Origin: Octopus bimaculoides
Taxonomy: Eukaryota
Assembly (NCBI RefSeq): GCF_001194135.2
Contig: NC_068990.1
Coordinates: forward strand, 52,230,287 to 52,263,280
DNA length: 32,994 nucleotides
Direction of reading: 5' to 3'
Made by a program: the position numbers and the translations under genes. This document shows positions 31,071 through 32,994 of the stretch, in pieces. Position 1 is the stretch's first letter. Each line of letters starts with the position of its first letter. The notes beneath the pieces are model-generated. The model was given only the letters and a program-made list of their open reading frames with translations, was not told the origin of the DNA and ran no database searches.

Positions 31071-32994
31071 GTCAGTGGCTTGTGGTCAGTCACGAGTACG
31101 AATTTACGACCGTACAAATACTGGTAAAACGTCTGCAAGCTAAATATGATAGCCAGGGCTTCCTTTTAAATTTGGCTGTAGTTACGCTGTGCAGAAGTGA
31201 GAGTCTTGGACATATTGGATATTCGGCGCTCGCTTCCATCAGGATAGCCGTGAAACAGGACTGCTCCAATACCAACGTTTGATGCGTCGCAAGTCAGTCC
31301 CAAAATTTTGTTTGGATCAAAGTGTATCAGAACTTGACTCGATGAAAGTACATTTTTCAAGTGATCAAAAACTGACATTTCCTCAGGAACTGACCCAGCC
31401 AACAAAATGTGTCCAAGGTATTCTACACTGGGTAGTGCAAACTGGCACTTTTCACGGCAATATCTGAGTCCATTGTCGCTTAGACGTGTGAGCAGACACT
31501 TTAGGTTGTTTAGGTGACTGCTTGCATCTTTCCCACTGATGAGCATGTCATCCTGGAAGACGTCCACTCCAGGTAGATCATGGGTCAGGTTTTCCATGAT
31601 CTCCTGAAAGTAACCATGTGCTGACTTGATTCCGAAAGGGAGTCGTTGNNNNNNNNNNTTTTCCATGATCTCCTGAAAGTAACCATGTGCTGACTTGATT
31701 CCGAAAGGGAGTCGTTGTTGCAGGAGTACTCCACGGTGAGTGCTGAGTGCGAGTCTGCGTTGACTCTGTGGAGCCAGCTTGATCTGATTATAGGCATCAG
31801 CAAGGTCTACCTTTGTATATCCGAATCCACCTCTGAGTTTCTGCATCAGTTCAACAGGGAGTGGCATTGGATGACGGTGATCAGCAAGTTGGTCATTAAT
31901 TCCCACAGAGTAGTCACCACAAATCCGTATTTTGGGCTTCAGGTTGCTTGAAGCGTGTGCTTTACGAATCGGTACTACTGGCGTTCCGTATTTGTTGAAC
32001 TGGACTGGCTTCCAGATTCCCTTGGCGATGCCTTCTTTGTAACCTTTGGCCAGGTCATCACGAAGAGCAAATGGGACCGGACGTGCCTTGTGAAAGACTG
32101 GTGTTGCGTCCGATTTGAACTTCACTTCCAGTTCAAAGTTCTTGAGACATCCCAATTCTTGCTTGAAAAGACCTGGAAATTCATCACACATGTTGTGACA
32201 ATCTTGTTGCAGGGAAACATAGGGCTCACTTGAGGTCTTTGGATACATCACTTCTGCATCTTCCCTCTTGGCTTGGCTGTCTATGCTTTTCAAACCTAGA
32301 GCAGCGTCTACGGAAATTCCCAGAGTCTGGATAGCATTTCGTCCCAACAAATTAAGATCAGAGATCTTGGTGACAATGTAAGGTATTAGATTCTACTTAC
32401 CGGTTGTTGAATCCTTGTTTTGGCCCATGAAAGTTCCCAGAACAGGCAGGTCGTGCTTGCTGGCAGATTCATAGCGATGCTTGACATCTTGCAGCTTTGG
32501 TTTTCGTAGCTGTTTTCAGACTGACAAGGAAACAAAGTTGCCTATAGTGGCAGTGTCCAATTCCATTGTGAACAGTCTGTTTTGGATTATTATTGGCACA
32601 ATCAAACTATGTGTATCTTGGGAAACTTCGCCTAGGATCGCCTTATGTGATTCTTTTCACAGGAGTTTGTGAGTGGCCATTGTGTTGCTGATGTTGTTTT
32701 TTTTCTACACACCGCTTGCAAATGTCCCTTTTTGTCACAAAAATGACATTTGGATTCTTTGAAAGGACAGTCTGTCGCTTTGTGGGCCTTTTCACATCGG
32801 TAGCATTTCTCCTGGTTTGTGGAATAAGACTGCTGATGGTTCTTTTGAGGACTCTTATTCCTGTTCTGTTGGACCTTGTAGACTTGCTTGGTTTTGGAAC
32901 CGTAGACAGTTTCTTTTGCAACTTTTGCTGCGTCTTCAGTCTCGATGGCAACTTGGACAGCATGGGCAAAATCTAGTTCTGTGTCTTTGATCTT
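31071..32994 (-). mobile_element. Ty3/gypsy LTR retrotransposon (Mag/K02A2.6-like) gag-pol: two zinc knuckles, protease, RT, RNase H
   Basis: CYRCEKAHKATDC and CHFCDKKGHLQAVC; FTMELDTATIGNF (protease); RICGDYS, DLADAYNQI, RLPFGIKSA, VFQDDML (RT); LTCDASNVGIGAVL, RNYSQI*KEALA, FVLVTDHKPL (RNase H). It runs off the window end and into an N gap. Confidence 0.93.

Noticed and set aside
20906-31282. Long X-filled ORFs spanning N gaps (225, 676, 625 and 625 N in the window)
   Set aside because: These are gap artefacts; the gap lengths are assembler estimates with no biological meaning.
31590-31717. Exact 59-bp direct repeat around a 10-N gap in gypsy RT
   Set aside because: It is an unmerged contig overlap (assembly artefact), not a biological duplication.

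Overview
AT-rich, microsatellite-laden eukaryotic genomic DNA with five N-gaps. It is almost certainly cephalopod (Octopus-like), judged from recalled SINE/LINE repeat families rather than a database search. There are no prokaryotic features, rRNA/tRNA genes or CRISPR arrays. Most of the window is nested transposon remnants. These are: a ~4.6 kb Tx1/L1-clade LINE (minus) split by a 1.4 kb internally deleted two-gene DNA transposon (THAP + SAP remnants, ISL2EU/PHIS-like); a chain of five co-oriented R4/Dong-clade retrotransposon fragments joined at (TAA)n tracts; tRNA-derived SINEs; RTE LINE fragments carrying a PHD-like finger; mariner and Tc1 remnants; Penelope (RT + GIY-YIG) fragments with hammerhead-like motifs; two long fold-back palindromes; and a Ty3/gypsy (Mag-like) gag-pol. 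The only plausible host coding signal is a pair of small phase-compatible + strand exons (15421-15491, 15817-15951) of an unidentified gene, so the window is probably mostly intronic. Most ORFs in the supplied track are antisense or shifted readings of these elements, microsatellite translations or gap artefacts.
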